Positions 63,286-64,000 of a stretch of DNA of 64,000 nt are shown here, one piece after another. The notes under the pieces are model-generated. The model saw nothing but the letters and a program-made list of their open reading frames with translations. It searched no databases and was not told where the DNA came from. Source of the stretch: Verrucomicrobiota bacterium (GTDB taxonomy: Bacteria; Verrucomicrobiota; Kiritimatiellia; CAIQIC01; JAGNIJ01); assembly GCA_022710725.1 (NCBI GenBank), contig JAKLGK010000001.1, forward strand, positions 113,010-177,009, written 5' to 3'. The position numbers and the translations under genes are program-made. Every line of letters begins with the position of its first letter. Positions within the stretch are counted from its first letter, which is position 1.

Positions 63286-64000
63286 CATTCCCGCCACGCC
63301 AGGCCCATCCGGTATTTCAGGATGCGCTTTTCGATATCCGTTGCCAAGGCGTCATCCTTTTTCTCCTTGGCCAGGTCCCGCGCCTTCTCCGCCGCGCGGA
63401 CGGCGCCCGTGGAATCGCCCGCGTTGGCGCGCGCGGCGGCCAGCACGTCCCACACGCCGGGGAGCGACGGGTCGCCCGATGCGAGCGCGAGTTCCGCCCA
63501 GCGCACCGCGGCCTGCGGCCACTCCTCCATCCGCGCGTGGGCCAGGCCGTCCGGCATGGCCGTGGCCAGCAGCCAGGCCATGTAGTTCAGGTTGACGGCG
63601 TCCCCGGGAAACCGTTTCGCGTACTCGGCCAGGTAACCATACGCATACCCGCGGGCCCCCCGCTTCCACATCTCCGCGTAAAACGGGAACAGGTCGCGCC
63701 ACGCGCGGACGCGGACGTCCCCCGCGGCCGCCAGGCGCTCGGCCGCCTCGGCGCCCTCCTCCGGGCGGCCGGCCTCGTGGCAGGCGCGAAGGTAGTCCGC
63801 CACGACCAGGGCCGCGGGATCGGGCTCCCACCGGACGGCTTCCTTCAGCGCCGCGATCGCGCCGGCATGGTCGCCCCGGGCGAGCAGGACCTGCCCGCGC
63901 ACGCTCCAAGCCAGTTCCCGCTCCGGGGCCGGCTCCCAATCGGCGAAGCCCAGCAGCGGGAGGCCCCACTTCCGTTCGAACTCGACCCAGGCCGCCGCCG
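63285..64000 (-). CDS. TMTC/PMT-like TPR membrane protein, paralog of 60354..62546 (3' part only; gene continues beyond the window)
   Basis: The C-terminal 205 aa align residue by residue with the C-terminal TPR region of the neighbouring paralog ('LFPFYAEMWKRGARGYAYGYLAEYAKRFPGDAV' against 'LFPCYAQIWLDGARGYAYGYFLEYVKRHPRDAV'). The frame stays open to nt 64000. Confidence 0.65.
   Translation of the reverse strand, partial: AAAWVEFERKWGLPLLGFADWEPAPERELAWSVRGQVLLARGDHAGAIAALKEAVRWEPDPAALVVADYLRACHEAGRPEEGAEAAERLAAAGDVRVRAWRDLFPFYAEMWKRGARGYAYGYLAEYAKRFPGDAVNLNYMAWLLATAMPDGLAHARMEEWPQAAVRWAELALASGDPSLPGVWDVLAAARANAGDSTGAVRAAEKARDLAKEKKDDALATDIEKRILKYRMGLAWRE

Noticed and set aside
1-64000. Search for tRNA, rRNA, CRISPR arrays, transposases or integrases.
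   Set aside because: Only six non-coding gaps exceed 100 nt, and none shows tRNA-like GGTTCGAATCC/T-loop features, regularly spaced direct repeats, or IS-type inverted repeats. None was found.

Overview
This is a high-GC (~68-70%) bacterial chromosomal segment, densely coded and mostly on the minus strand. The protein families present suggest a PVC-group organism (Verrucomicrobia/Lentisphaerae/Kiritimatiellae-like): a prepilin-type 'GFTLIELLVV' protein, PATR repeats, TMTC-like TPR glycosyltransferases and a four-helix-bundle protein. This placement is inference only.

The first ~38 kb is conserved housekeeping:
- a split 2-hydroxyacyl-CoA-dehydratase-type activase module with a COG3910-like ATPase (0.2-5.2 kb)
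- tsaE-tsaB
- an SLT lytic transglycosylase
- yraN-rnhB-rplS-trmD-KH-rpsP-ffh
- prmC-prfA-rpmE
- cyclophilin
- a polyphosphate operon (ROK glucokinase-ppx-ppk1-CHAD), then a membrane Ser/Thr kinase and a pseudopilin-like gene
- a thioredoxin-like gene and tamA-tamB
- the ribF-truB-rbfA-infB-nusA block and mazG

From ~38.6 kb to the window end lies a lineage-specific island. Its centrepiece is one uninterrupted 18.8-kb minus-strand ORF (41110..59880) encoding a 6256-aa secreted protein rich in Ser/Thr/Gly/Asn. It has a signal peptide, autotransporter-associated beta-strand (PATR) repeats, many FN3-like modules, three large internal repeats and a C-terminal series of modules carrying a D-x-D-x-D-R-x-D-D motif. 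It is driven by a near-consensus sigma70 promoter in an AT-rich island, with a ~190-nt 5' UTR, and ends at a clean intrinsic terminator.

Immediately upstream on the same strand are two paralogous TMTC/PMT-like TPR membrane glycosyltransferase homologues (one cut by the window edge). A four-helix-bundle gene with an overlapping stop/start sits between them, and just upstream of it a tandemly duplicated ~118-bp element. I propose this as a candidate, undescribed giant-adhesin / protein-O-glycosylation module.

No rRNA, tRNA, CRISPR array or transposase/integrase was recognised. Several very long ORFs in the six-frame track are antisense GC-frame artefacts. All coordinates inside the giant gene are from hand residue counting and are approximate.
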